NCBI GenBank assembly: GCA_030390025.1
Contig: CM059433.1
Location: 26,724,001 to 26,788,000 of the forward strand
Length of the DNA stretch: 64,000 nucleotides
Direction of reading: 5' to 3'
Source of the DNA: Squalus acanthias
Taxonomy: Eukaryota
The translations under genes and the position numbers were made by a program. This document shows positions 37,043-49,789 of the stretch, piece after piece (the first letter of the stretch is position 1; each line of letters begins with the position of its first letter). A model generated the notes under the pieces. The model was given only the letters and a program-made list of their open reading frames with translations. It searched no databases and had not been told where the DNA came from.

Positions 37043-37931
37043 GGGGGAAAAATTCGGTTGGTTTGTGCCTCCTGTTAGCGCCTTAAGAGGGCACTAATGG
37101 GGCGCAAAGCAACTAGCGCCCGTGCGCGGCGATGTTTGCGCCGCTCGCAAAATTAATTAGACATTTTGCGGTGGCGCTAAACACTACCGCCACGATCTCC
37201 TGCGCCGGCAGATCATGACGTCAGTTGAGAGTGCAACGCCCCGGTAGCGCCCCGGACTGGATATTGAGTGGCGCCCCCTGTCTTACTGCCTGCTGCTAGC
37301 AACGACAGGTTGAGGGGAGCGTTTTGTAGTCGGGAAGGAACTGGGGGAGCACTATTTAAAGGCGACCGCTTCCTGCCTTTTTTTGTCGGCGAAATTTTTG
37401 CACCATGCATTCTGAGTGAGAGAGAGAGACTGCAGGAGATATTCAAAGTTGCGTTAAGGAGTTTTGGGTACTGAGCAGCACTTTGCAGGTTCTTTCTGAT
37501 TTGATCTTCCTTGCATCGATTTAGAAGACTTGGGGGCTGCACTCTGAGCTCTTTCCCTGGGCCTCTCCATTGTTCTTTCCAACAGATTTGATGTACAGGT
37601 CTCTCCAAGCCGAGATTCAAGGCTGCAATGAGCAGGATGTGGATGGAGAGCAAGATCGACCCTCCCCTTTAAGAACTGGCCGGCGCCAGTGTGTCTGTGT
37701 TCCATTGCTGACTGACATCACATGAGCTTCGCCAGCGCTCTGAGGTAGCGCCTCGCTCCTCAGCCTTTGCGCCTTAAGACAGGTGTGCAGCGCCTGATTT
37801 AGCGCTCCAATCACCTCCAGGGGCGATAAAAGCCAAGTTTGCAGTCGCAGGCGATAATTAGCGCCAGGCGCTAATCTTTGCGCCCGGCCGATAATTGCGC
37901 CCCAAATGGGGCGATACTGAATTTCTCCCCC
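37043..37931. mobile_element. Complete non-autonomous Harbinger-like element (889 bp)
   Basis: TIR gggggaaaaattcggt / actgaatttctccccc; TSD ctt/ctt; many gcgcc/ggcgc subterminal motifs. Confidence 0.82.
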
Positions 37932-38644
37932 CTTATCTTCACCGACTTTGAAATCGGCCTGGACTCCCGCTATAGGCAAGCAAGGGCCAAATTTAAATGT
38001 AAAAATTTAAAGCGCTGCTGTCCCGGGCTACTAGAGGTAGTGCTCGGCAAAGGAATTGGCAATTTCGAGAGACCCACCGAAAGCGGGAGGTTTGGGAACC
38101 GTATCCCGCCCACCCCCCCACCGTGTCCTTTTCCACAATGGCCTCGCCTCCCCCTCCCCCACTTACCTTATGTCAAGGCCCGTTCCCATAGATCCCTGGT
38201 GGCGGCCGAGACCCGCCTCAATTGCGGCTCTCATCTGGTGGCCTTGACATCACTCCCGCCGGCTTTGAGCGGGACACCAACCTCAATTATTCAAATGTGG
38301 CCTTTAAGTTAAAATGAGCCAAGCTTCACTTCCTTCATAACTGTCGTGTGCACCCCTCTTCAGGCCTCCCATGCACCGTGCCCACTCACCTTTATAAAAT
38401 CTTCAGCAATTTTCAATAGTAATCGCCACAGTGTTTGTATTTAAGAGTTAGATATTCAAAAGGTTATAATTGCTAGTCTCTGTGCAAAGTACATTGTTCA
38501 GTAAATATAGGTAACATGAAATTTATTTTTTCAAATAGTCTCATAAATAATGCATTGTCCACTTTCACAGTATTCTGTTGATGCCATATCTAATTTGTTC
38601 GTCAGTTTCTAATAGGTGCCCAGGTCTCTGAGTGGATATACTTT

Positions 38645-39285
38645 TCACAGAATCATAGAAACTTAAAGCACAGAAGGAGGCCATTTGGCCCGTCGTGCCT
38701 GTGCCGGCCCTCGCAAAAGAGCAGTCGTGTTTGGTCCCACGTCCCTGCTTTTTATCCGTAACCCTGTAAGTTCCTCATCCTCAAGTACATTTCCGACTCT
38801 CTTTTAAAATTATTTATGGAATCAGCTTCCACCACCTTTTCAGGTAGAGCGTTCCAGATCCCGACAACTCTCTGAGTGAAAAAATTTATCCTCCTCTCCC
38901 CTCTAGATCTTTTGCCAATGACTTTAAACCTATGACCTTTGCTTATTGACCCACTCGACAGAGGGAATAGTTTTTCTCTATCAAAACCTTTCATCATCCT
39001 GAAAACCTCTATTAGGTCACCTCTTAACCTTCTCTGTTCCAAGGAGAACAGTCCTAACTTTTTCAACCTCTCCTCATAACTGAAGTCCCTCATCCCTGGT
39101 AACATCCTGGTAAACCTCCTCTGTACCCTTTCTAAGGCCTTTACATCTTTCCTGAAGTGTGGTGCCCAGAATTGTCCACAATACTCCAGCTGAGGCCTAA
39201 CCAGTGATTTATGAAGTTCTAGCACGATCGCTTTGTTTTTATGTTCTATGCCTCTATTTATAAACCCAAGTAACCCATATGCTTT
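38645..39285 (-). mobile_element. CR1 3' end
   Basis: ORF 38752..39225, CR1 C-terminus. Confidence 0.9.
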
Positions 39286-39305
39286 TTTGTGCTGTCAGTT
39301 TCTAT

Positions 39306-41032
39306 GGCCGCGATTTCCAGGAACTCGGCGGGTCCGTGGCGGGCGACGTCGGTGGTGGGTCCCGGCCTTGCTGCCGGCTCCAGCCCACTGTTCAAACTGA
39401 TTTTCCCCTGATTGAGCTTGTTAAGCCTGCCCAGTGCAATTGCCGGCCAACTGAAGGAAGGGGGTCTGATGACGTCATTTGATGACGCATCATCAGCCAG
39501 TTTCCTTAAAGGGACCATGCGCAAAATGACTTTGACAGTTGTGCTGTGAGTGTTCTGCAGCATTGAGGTGCTGCAAACACTGACAAGCACTGCACAAAGG
39601 TGCATGGCTGCATCCAGGCTCTCCCATGACTCCCTCCATATGCTTATGGAGGGAATCACAGCATGCAGGGAGGTCCTCTTCCCTTCCCATAGATGGAAGA
39701 GACCTCCCCAGGCGACCAACACAGCCTGGTTGCACAATGCACAAGAGGACACAAGCAGGGATGTCTTCAGGAGGACCAGGCTGCAGTGGCGCAAATCTTT
39801 CAATGATCTCAGTAGATCACAAAACCTGAGTACAAAGCCACACTCAACCTCATCCTGTTGTGCCTCTCATCACATCCCCATCATTCTGCCTTCCCTACCC
39901 TACTCCTGCACATCCTTACTCATACCAACATACCTTGCACATCCACCCACCTCTCTCTCTCTATCTACATTATCACATCCCCATCTCACTAGCCACCCCT
40001 CACACTCACTCTCATCCTAGTCCAATCATACCAACTAACAACACTTGGTTGTTTTATGCAATGTTCATGTAAAGTTTCTGTTAATGTGGTGCCAAACATT
40101 GAAACCTTTATTTTCAACACTTTGCGTTCTTGGACAGATTTGTGTGCACCTTTGGAAGTGGCTTAGTGAGTTACAGTGAATGGTGAGACATAACGGTACC
40201 CCCCGCAATGGTCATGAGTGTGAAAGGAATGGCTTGGGCATTGTAGGTATGCTTTATGGTGTTGGTGTGGGGTGGTGCCAACCTGGCGCATCTTGTAGCA
40301 GCCAGGGTGTACAGCATCAAGTAAAATAAATCTGGCCATGCTGAGGCCATCCCTGGTCTCCCGAGCAGCAATGTGGTCAGGTGCTGATGCCCTCTGTCCT
40401 GTGCAGCATCAGTTGATGCGGAGAAGGTTGGTGTTGTTGTTGGTGCTGCTGGTGTGCCTGGTGCTGCTGGTGTTGGGGCTGATCGTGGTGGGATTTTGAG
40501 GACCAAGGCACTGATGCTGATATAATAGGTGGCAGGTGAACTTGAGATGACAGAAGTGATCTGTCAATGGTGAGAGAGGTTGTTCCAATGAGATGACACT
40601 GGATACAGAATTTGCTCCAAACACTTGCAACCTGCATAAAGCTCAATCTGTCTTCCAAATGCAGTAAGCAACAGCTTCTGAGCTTGGAAAGTGAACAGCT
40701 GTGAGATGGGAGTTTTATAGCACATTTTAAGCTGTCAAGCAATGTGATGATTCCATGGTCATACAACTCCCGAACTGCTTACTTGACGTGACACCCGAGC
40801 AGCTTGGACCCCGTGGATGACCTCGTAAAATGTAAAGGCGAGCTCAAAATACTTCTTAATGGGTTGTTAATAAGGTCATAATGACCTGAATTGCCTCCCC
40901 TGCCGCTGAATGTCGGGTCTGTTCAGCGCTGACAGACCCGACATCTGGGAAATGTGCGTGGCAGCTCAAAAAAAAAATTCCCACCTGACCCGCCACTGAA
41001 CGCACCTGCTGACCCACCGAAAAATTCCCCCC
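39306..41032. mobile_element. Non-autonomous Harbinger derivative, copy 3
   Basis: TSD tat/tat; colinear with 11889-13858. Confidence 0.88.
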
Positions 41033-41057
41033 TATGATTCCATGATACTGTGATTCT

Positions 41058-41628
41058 AAATAGAGGCATAGCGTACAAAAGCAAGGAAATTATGCTAAAC
41101 CTTTACAAATCACTGGTTAGGCCTCAGTTGAGCATTATGCCCAATTCTGGGCACCACACTTTAGGAAGGATGTCAAGGCCTCGGAGATGGTGCAGAGGCA
41201 ATTTACTAGAATGGTAACAGGGATGCGCGACTTCAGTTATGTGGAGAGACTGGAGAAGGTGGGAGCAGTTCTCCTTAGAGCAGAGAAGTTTAAGGAGAGA
41301 TTTAATAGAGGTGTTCAAAATTATAAAAGGTTTTGATCGAGTAGAAACTGTTTCCTCTGGCATGAGTGTTGGTAAGCAGAGGACACAGACTTAAGATAAT
41401 TGGCAAAAGACATGAGGAGCAATTTTTATACGCAGTAAGTTGTTATGATCTGGAATGCACTGCCTGAAAGGGTGGTGGAGGCAGATTCAAAAGGGAATTG
41501 GATATATACTTGAAAAGGAAAAAATTGCAGGGCTATAGGAAAAAGAAGGGGAGTGGGACTAATTGGATAGCTCTTTCAAAGAGCTGGTACAGGCACAATG
41601 GGCTGAATGGCTGTATGATTCTATGATC
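41058..41628 (+). mobile_element. CR1 3' end
   Basis: NRGI..LYKSLVRPQL..; attctatgat tail. Confidence 0.85.
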
Positions 41629-42888
41629 TAGAAAGAACAATGAGAGGGATATGATAATGATGGTTTCCATTCAATTAAACTGAGTGCACATGGTAACTCT
41701 CATAAAACTCTCCACAGAGCAGTTATATCAACATAAACTCTTTGGTGAAGAGTCATGGGATGAAGATAAAATCCTCCAGCAAAACCAGCTGTGGGCTGTC
41801 TGCAGTGTTTATCGGTTTATGCTACTGACAATTAACTGGTTGTAAACTAGTTAAGAGGGCTTGTGGAAATAATACATCACATTCAGATTTCAACTCTTTT
41901 GGCTAACATTCTTCGTGCGTACTTTTAATCAGCTTCAGCTGAAACAAGATAACTATGAAATAAATAGTCTAACCTAGCGATGTTGAAAACATTTTCAGCA
42001 TCATACACACAAAATAAACGTTAAGAGGAGTATACAAGGCACGATCACGCTCGAACGATTCAGATAATATCATTAGTCATAGGAACAAGAATTTGTCATT
42101 ACTTTTAAATCTCTCTGCCTACATGTTTCACATAACGCAAGTTTAATTTTCACTTGTGAACTTGTCATCAATTTGGATGGGGCCGGCAGGATTTTCTCTG
42201 CAAACATTTTCTGAATTTTTGACCTTTCCCACAGTGTAAGAATGAGCTCTCCAGGACCTGGGTTAGGATTGGGGTTTCTGGCACTGGGGAGGAAGAGATT
42301 CATTGACTGAAGTTAGGATCGCAGTTTACTTGGTGCACCCTGTAATAATGCCATTTTACCCTTTAGTCTTGGAGGGTTGGAAAAATTACTCTGTTTGATT
42401 TGCCTTCCTCACAATATCTCTCCCTCTGGCTGATTATGATGTGACATTCACACCCAACTTAGTTCTCCTTTCACAAATACTGAAGGATAGAAATGGCTCA
42501 GTGGCATGCAAGGGGAAGATAAAAGAAGATAGGTAGATAAAGTGACTGGAATTGGAGAAATAAGAAGTACACAGATAAATAGACAGACAAACAAGTGTTG
42601 CATTAATGTGTTTTCAATGAGACATTATGCTGTTGCATATTTTATGCTAAACGACAACAACAACAACTTGTATTTATATAGTGCCTTTAACATAGTGAAA
42701 CATCCCAAGGCGCTTCACACCATATTGCAAATAGTATATAATCAAACCTAAAGTGGAGTAATTCATAAGCTGAAACTAAAACAGATAATTAACACAAAAT
42801 TTCCCATTTTATTTCAAATCAAATTCAGGATGTGATAATCTAAATATTTTATAAGAGAACAAAACTGATAAGACAGTTAAAACACAAA

Positions 42889-44054
42889 GGCCGGGATTTT
42901 GCTCACCTCGGCGGGTGACGTCGGTTATGGGTCCCAACCCACTGTTGGCTCCATCCTGCTGTTTAAAATGATTTTCCCTCGATAGGGCTTGTTAAGCCCA
43001 GCCATCGCGTTTCCCGGTCCAATTAGAGGAAGCCAGTGACACATCATCAGCCGGTTTCCTTAAAGGGACCATGGCAACTTTATTTTGACATTTGTGCTGT
43101 CAGTGTTCTACAGCATTGAAGTGCTGCAAACATAAGAACATAAGAAGTAAGGGCAGGAGTAGGACATATGGCCCCTCAAGCCTGCTCCGCCATTCAATAA
43201 GATCATAGCTGATCATTGACCTCAACTCCACTTTCCCGCTCGATCCCCATATCCCTTGATTCCCCTTGAGTCCAAAAATCTATCTATCTCAGCCTTGAAT
43301 ATACTCAAAGACTCAGCATTCACAGCATTCTGGGACAGAGAATTCCAAAGATTCACAACCATCTGAGTGAAGAAATTCTTCCTCATCTCAGTCTTAAATG
43401 GCCTACCCCTTATCCTGAGACTATGCCCCCTAGTTCTAGACACTCCAGCCAGGGGAAACAACCTCTCAACATCTACCCTGTCAATCCCCTTCAGAATCTT
43501 GTATGTTTCAATGAGATCACCTCTCATTCTTCTAAACTCCAGAGAGTATAGGCCCATTCTACACAATCTCTCATCATAGGACAGCCCTCTCATCCCAGGA
43601 ATCAATCTAGTGAACCTTCGTTGCACTGCTTCCAAGGCAAGTATATCCTTCCTTAGATAAGGAGACCAAAACTGTGCACAGTACTCCAGGTGTGGTCTCA
43701 CCAAGGCCCTGTACAATTGTAGCAAGATAATGACTGCACAGAGGTGCAGGGCTGCACCCAGGTTTTCCCATTACTCCCTCCATATGCTTATGGAGGAAGT
43801 CAGAGCATGCAGGGAGGTCCTTATAGGGATCATTGTAGGGATGCTTTATGGTGTTGGTGTCGGCTGGTGCCAACCTGGCGCGTCATATGGCAGCCAGGGT
43901 GTATAGCGTGTGTGCTCAGCGCTGACAGACCCGACATTGGTAAAGGCGCGTGGTGGTGGGTTGACAGCGGGGTCCTGACCCGCTGTGAAAAAAAACACTT
44001 TCCCACCCAGCCCGCCACCGATCCCGCCCGCTGAACCCCTGGAAAATTCCGGCC
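42889..44054. mobile_element. Non-autonomous Harbinger derivative, copy 4 (internally deleted)
   Basis: TIR ggccgggatttt / aaaattccggcc; TSD aaa/aaa. Confidence 0.85.
43130..43728 (-). mobile_element. CR1 3' end inserted in Harbinger copy 4
   Basis: ORF 43222..43725 intact C-terminus; cataagaa tail. Confidence 0.9.
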
Positions 44055-44437
44055 AAAGAGGTTGAGAAAGAATTGCATTTCACAAGTGCGCTCTGCATAT
44101 ATGCTAACCTAGAAAACTCACAAAACTGACCAAAAGAAGCCCCACAAAATCTAACAGCAGAAAAATAGTATTGAATGTAAGCTTTATGACACATGAGAAG
44201 TTGCACTGAAAGTGCAGTGGGACATGGGCATGCCATATCTGAAGCTGCAGGAATACCCAACATAGAATCATAGAATCATTCAATAGCACAGCACAGAAGG
44301 AGGCCGTTCGGCCCATCGAGTCTGCACCGGCTCTTTCGAAGAGCAATCCAGTTAGTCCCATATCTCTGCAATTTTTTTTCCTTCAAGTATTTATCCAATT
44401 CCCTTTTGAAGTCTACTATTGAATCTGTATCCACCAC

Positions 44438-45235
44438 CATGAAGTTTAACACAGATAAATGTGAGGTATTACATTTTGGTAGGAGGAATAGGCAGGTCAC
44501 TTATTCCTTGGAGGGTGCCAGTCTAGGTGGGGTAGAGGCACAAAGGGATCTCGGAGTACAAATACACAAATCACTAAAAGTTGCAATACAGGTTAGCAAG
44601 GCATAAAAAAAGCAAACCAAGCACTAGGGTTTATTTCTAGAGGGATAGAATTGAAAAGTAGGATGTTATGCTAAACCTGTATTGAACCTTGATTCGACCA
44701 CACTTAAGAGTACTGCATACAGTTCTGGTCGCCATATTATAAAAATGATACAGAGGCACTGGAGAGGGTGCAGAGAAGATTTACAAGGATGATACCAGAA
44801 ATGCTAGGATATACATATCAGGAAAGGATGAACAGGCTGGGACTCTTTTCTCTTGAAAAAAGAAGGCTGAGGGGTGACCTAATAGAGGTCTTTAAAACTA
44901 TGAAAGGTTTTCATAGATTGGATACAGAGAGAATGTTTCCACTTGTGGGGAAGAGCATAACTGGAGGCCATCAATATAAGATAGTCACCAAGAAATCCAA
45001 GAGGGAATTCAGAAGAAACTTCTTTACCCAAAGCATGGTGAGAATGTGGAACTCGCTACCACAGAGAGTGGTTGAAACGAATAGTATAGGTGCATTTAAG
45101 GGGAGGCTAGACAAGCATATGAGGGAGAAGGGAATAAAGGTTTATGCTGATAGATTTAGATGAGTGGAACATAAACGCTGGCATGGACTGGTTGGGCCGA
45201 ATGGCTTGTTTCTGTGCCGTATATCCTGTGTAATC
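44438..45235 (+). mobile_element. CR1 3' fragment, different subfamily
   Basis: MKFNTDKCEVLHFG; ORF 44768..45163. Confidence 0.88.
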
Positions 45236-45745
45236 CTATCAGGCAGTGCATTCGAAATCCTAACCACTCGTTGCATAAAAAAGTTTTTTCTCATGTCGCC
45301 TCTGTTTTTTTTGCCAATCACCTTAAATCTGTGACCTCTCGTTATCGACCTTTCAGCCATTTGGAAACAGCTTCTCTTTATTTACTCTATCAAAGCCCTT
45401 CATGATTTTAAACACCTCTATTAAATCTCTCCTTAGCCTTCTCTGCTCTAAGGAGAACAACCCCAGCTTCTCTAGTCTATCCACGTAACTGTAATCCCTC
45501 ATCCCTGGAACATAAGAACATAAGAACATAAGAAATAGGAGCAGGAGTAGGCCAATTGGCCCCTTGAGCCTGCTCCGCCATTCAATAAGATCATGGCTGA
45601 TCTGATCCTAACCGCCAATCTACTATCACAGAACCATCTCCTGAATCTAACAGAATTGGACACACGAAATAGGAGCAGGATCAGGTTACACGGCCCCTGG
45701 GCCCGCTCCGCTACCCACAGGGCCATGACCGATCCGAACCTAGAC

Positions 45746-47734
45746 TCATGTCCAAATTCCTGCCCGCTCCCCGTAACCCTTAATTCCCTTTACTTCTAGG
45801 AAACTGTCTATTTCTGTTTTAAATTTATGTAATGATGTAGCTTCTACAGCTTTTTGGGGCAGCATATTCCATGGACCTACCACCCTCTGAGTGAAGTAGT
45901 TCCTTCTCATCTCAGTTTTGAAAGAGCAGCCCCTTATTCTAAGACTATGCCCCCTAGTTCTAGTTTCACCCATCATCGGGAACATCCTCCCCGCATCCAC
46001 CCGATCCAACCCCTTCACAATCTTATATGTTTCAATAAGATCGCCTCTCATTCTTCTGAACTCCAATGAGTATAGTCCCAATCTACCCAACCTCTCCTCA
46101 TATGTCCATCCCCTCATCCCTGGGATTAACCGAGTGTACCTTCTTTGTACTGACTCGAGAGCAAGTATGTCTTTTCTTAAGTATGGACACCAAAACTGTA
46201 TGCAGTATTCCAGGTGTGGTCTCACCAATACCTTGTACAACTGAAGCAATACCTCCCTATTTTTATATTCTATCCCCCTAGCAATGAAAGCCAACATTCC
46301 ATTGGCCTTCTTAATCACTTGCTGCACCTGCATACTAACCTTTTGAGTTTCGTGCACCAGGACCCCCAGATCCCTTTGTACTTCAGTACTTTCCAGTTTC
46401 TTGCCATTTAGATAATAACTTGCTCTACTATTTTTCCTGCCAAAGTGCATAACCTCACACTTTCCAGTATTGTATTCCATCTGCCAAATCTCTGCCCACT
46501 TACTTAGCCTGTCTAAGTCCCCTTGCAGATTTTTTATGTCCTCCTCACTCACTACTTTCCCTCCCATCTTAGTATCATCTGCAAACTTTGATATGTTACA
46601 CTCGGTCCCCTCCTCCAAATCGTTAATATAGATTGTAAAGAGTTGGGGACCCAGCACTGACCCCTGCGGAACACCACTAGTTACTGATTGCCAGTCTGAG
46701 AATGAACCATTTATCCCAACTCTCTGCCTTCTGTTAGATAGCCAATCCTCTATCCATGCCAGAATATTACCCCCAATCCCGTGATTTTTTATCTTAAGCA
46801 ATAATCTTTTGTGTGGCACCTTGTCAAATGCCTTTTGGAAGTCTAAATACACCACATCCACTGGTTCCCCTTTATCCACCCTGTATGTTACTTCCTCAAA
46901 GAACTCCAGCAAATTTGTCAAACATGACTTCCCCTTCATAAAACCATGCTGACTTTGTCCTATTAAATTATGATTATCCAAATGTCCCGTTGCTGTCTCC
47001 TTAATAATGGACTCCAAAATTTTACCTACCACAGATGTTAGGCTAACTGGTCTATAGTTTCCAGCCTTCTGTCTACTGCCCTTTTTAAATAAGGGTGTTA
47101 CTTTAGCAGTTTTCCAGTCTGCCGGGATCTTTGCTGAGTCCAGGGAGTTTTGGAAAATTATTACCAATGCATCCACAATCCCTACCGCCACTTCCCTCAA
47201 GACCCTAGGATGTAAGCCATCAGGTCCAGGTGATTTATCCGCCTTGAGTCCCATTATTTTACCGAGTACCACTTCCTTAGTGATTTTGATCGTGTTTAGC
47301 TCCTCCCCCCCTATAGCCCCCTGTTTGTCCAGTGTTGGGATATTCTTAGTGTCCTCTACTGTAAAGACTGATACAAAATATTCATTCAGTGTTTTTGCCA
47401 TCTCCATATTTCCCACCATTAATTTCCCGGTCTCATCCTCTAAGGGACCAACATTTACTTTAGCCACCCTTTTCCTTTTTATATAACTATAAAAACTCTT
47501 ACTATCTGTTTTTATATTTTTTGCTAATTTACTTTCATAATCTATCTTCCCTTTCTTAATCAATCTTTTTGTTATTTTTTGCTGTCTTTTAAAGTTTTCC
47601 CAATCCTCTATCCTCCCACTAGATTTGGCTACCTTAAAAGCCCTTGTTTTTAGTCGAATACTATCCTTAATTTCTTTACTTAGCCACGGATGACTGTCTT
47701 TTCTTTTACACCCTTTTCTTCTCAGTGGAATATG
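45746..47734 (-). CDS. Young 5'-truncated CR1 ORF2 (complete RT domain, uninterrupted ~660 codons); element spans ~45510-47735
   Basis: 605-aa ORF plus open upstream frame HIPLRRK..PWLSKEI; all RT motifs, FADD intact. Confidence 0.93.
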   Translation of the reverse strand, partial: HIPLRRKGCKRKDSHPWLSKEIKDSIRLKTRAFKVAKSSGRIEDWENFKRQQKITKRLIKKGKIDYESKLAKNIKTDSKSFYSYIKRKRVAKVNVGPLEDETGKLMVGNMEMAKTLNEYFVSVFTVEDTKNIPTLDKQGAIGGEELNTIKITKEVVLGKIMGLKADKSPGPDGLHPRVLREVAVGIVDALVIIFQNSLDSAKIPADWKTAKVTPLFKKGSRQKAGNYRPVSLTSVVGKILESIIKETATGHLDNHNLIGQSQHGFMKGKSCLTNLLEFFEEVTYRVDKGEPVDVVYLDFQKAFDKVPHKRLLLKIKNHGIGGNILAWIEDWLSNRRQRVGINGSFSDWQSVTSGVPQGSVLGPQLFTIYINDLEEGTECNISKFADDTKMGGKVVSEEDIKNLQGDLDRLSKWAEIWQMEYNTGKCEVMHFGRKNSRASYYLNGKKLESTEVQRDLGVLVHETQKVSMQVQQVIKKANGMLAFIARGIEYKNREVLLQLYKVLVRPHLEYCIQFWCPYLRKDILALESVQRRYTRLIPGMRGWTYEERLGRLGLYSLEFRRMRGDLIETYKIVKGLDRVDAGRMFPMMGETRTRGHSLRIRGCSFKTEMRRNYFTQRVVGPWNMLPQKAVEATSLHKFKTEIDSFLEVKGIKGYGERAGIWT

Positions 47735-48351
47735 TAACCATTCTAGTAAACCTCTTCCGTACCCTCTCCAAAGCCTTCACGCCCTTTCTAAAGTGTGGTG
47801 CCCAGAATTGGACACAATACTCCAGCTAGGGCCGAACTAGTGTTTTATATAGTTCTAGCATAACTTCCTGGCTTTTGTACTCTCTGCCTCTATTTATAAA
47901 GCCCAGGATCCTATATGCTTTATTAACATTTAATCACTTTTATTGTAGGGGAAAATCCTCAAGTAAATAAAAGTGGAGTTTGCAGCAGTGGTGAATATAA
48001 AAATTACTGAAGGAGAATGAGTGCTGAAGGTGTTAAGATTTATTCTCTAGGGGAATCTGGACATGCTGCTCATTCGGAAGCCTATGTTGCTCTTTGGAAC
48101 CGATCAAAAAGGTATATTTTCTTCTACTAGAATAAATATTTATTATACTCTGCAATCATTGAAAAAGTAAAGTGCACAAAAATATGGTTTCCAGGAATAG
48201 GAATTGTTACAGAGTTACAGAACATAAACGGGCACTGTGACTCACACAAACAAGCCAACAGTCGGCATCATGGCAGTGCACTGTAGTAAAATCCTAAATA
48301 TGGGAATCTCAATGTAAGTTGTTTAAATTCAATAAAAGGTCACTACCATTA

Positions 48352-49085
48352 AGAATCATAGAATGTTACAACACAGAAGGAGGTCATTCGGCCCATTGTG
48401 CCTGAGTTGGCTCTTTGAAAGAGCTATCCAATTAGTCCCACTCCCCTGTTCTGGCCTCAAAGCCCCGCAAATTTCTCCTTCTCAAGTATTTATCCAATTC
48501 CCTTTTGAAAGATACTATTGAATCTGTTTCCACCACCCTTTCAGGCAGTGCATTCCAGATCACAACAACTCGCTCTGTAAAAAGAAATTCTCCTCATCTC
48601 ACTCTGGCTCTTTTGCTAATTACCTTAAATCTGTTTCTTCTGGTTACCGACCCCTCTGCAAGTGGAAACTGTTTCCCCTTAGTTACTCGATCAAACCCTT
48701 CATAATTTTGAACACCTCTACTAAATCTCTCCTTAATCTTCTCTGCTCTAAGGAGAACAATCGCAGCTTCTCTAGTCTCTCATCTCTGGTACCATTCAAG
48801 TAAATCTCCTCTGCACCCTATCCAAGATATTGACATCTTTCCTAAAGTGTGCTGCCCAGAATTAGGCACAATGCTCCACCTGAGGCCTAACTAGTGATTT
48901 ATAAAGGTTTACCATAACTTCCCTGCTTTTGTACTCTATGCCTCTATTTATAAAGCTAAGGATCGCGTATGATTTTTTAACAGCCTTATCAACTTGTCGT
49001 GCCACCTTCAAAGGTTTTTTTATGAAAACTCCTGGGTCTCTCTGTTCTTGCACCCCCTTTAAAATTGCACCATTTTGTTTATATT
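48352..49085 (-). mobile_element. CR1 3' fragment
   Basis: GVQEQRDPGV..LYKSLVRPQVEHC; catagaat tail. Confidence 0.88.
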
Positions 49086-49499
49086 TCCACCACACTTTAT
49101 ATTTCAAAGCCCTGTCAAAAGTAAGTTAATGATTCACACCAGGGAAATCCTTATCTCAAGAAAGTAGCGGCAGCTAGTTTTGAGGAAAATACAGCAGAGT
49201 ATGCCACAGAAAATTTCTCTGAGGGAAATTCAAAGTTTTTAAAAGTTGCATTTTAGCAATTTATTTGTTATATATTACCTCTTTGGGGAAAAACACTAGA
49301 TAAAAACAGCTGACTCTCAGAAACATCAGCACATCTCAAAACTATTCTGCCTCAAGTTTTTCCACAAACAACAGTGTGAGAAAAAGTTGGTTGTAACATC
49401 CTTCATATCCGGCCTCCAACTGACGTGATTGGTTGATATTAACAACCGCCAATCCCAATCAGTGGGTTTTTCTTGTGAAACACTGACAAGTTGACATAA

Positions 49500-49700
49500 A
49501 GGAAAGAATTTGCATTTACATAGCACCTTTCACATCCTCAGCACGTCCCAATGCACTTCACACCAACGAATTACTTTTGAGGTGTAGTCATTGATGTCTG
49601 ATAGGCAATCAAGGCACAAAATTGCATACAACACGGTCCCATAAATAGCAATGAGCAATATGGGCAGATAATCTGTTTTTTGTGGTGTTGGTTGAAGGAT
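49500..49700 (-). mobile_element. SacSINE1/DeuSINE-like 3' part, degenerate
   Basis: Similar to 36308-36510. Confidence 0.6.
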
Positions 49701-49789
49701 AAAAAATAGCCCGGACTCAACTCACACATATTGACCCACTTCACTCTTACAACTCCAATAGTCAGCTCTTCTATATCATCATGGTTATC

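Larger units (their letters stand above)
44262..47925 (-). mobile_element. CR1 3' fragment (44262-44437, 45236-45508, 47735-47925) hosting two other CR1 insertions
   Basis: Three pieces colinear with the 22922-23560 copy. Confidence 0.8.
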
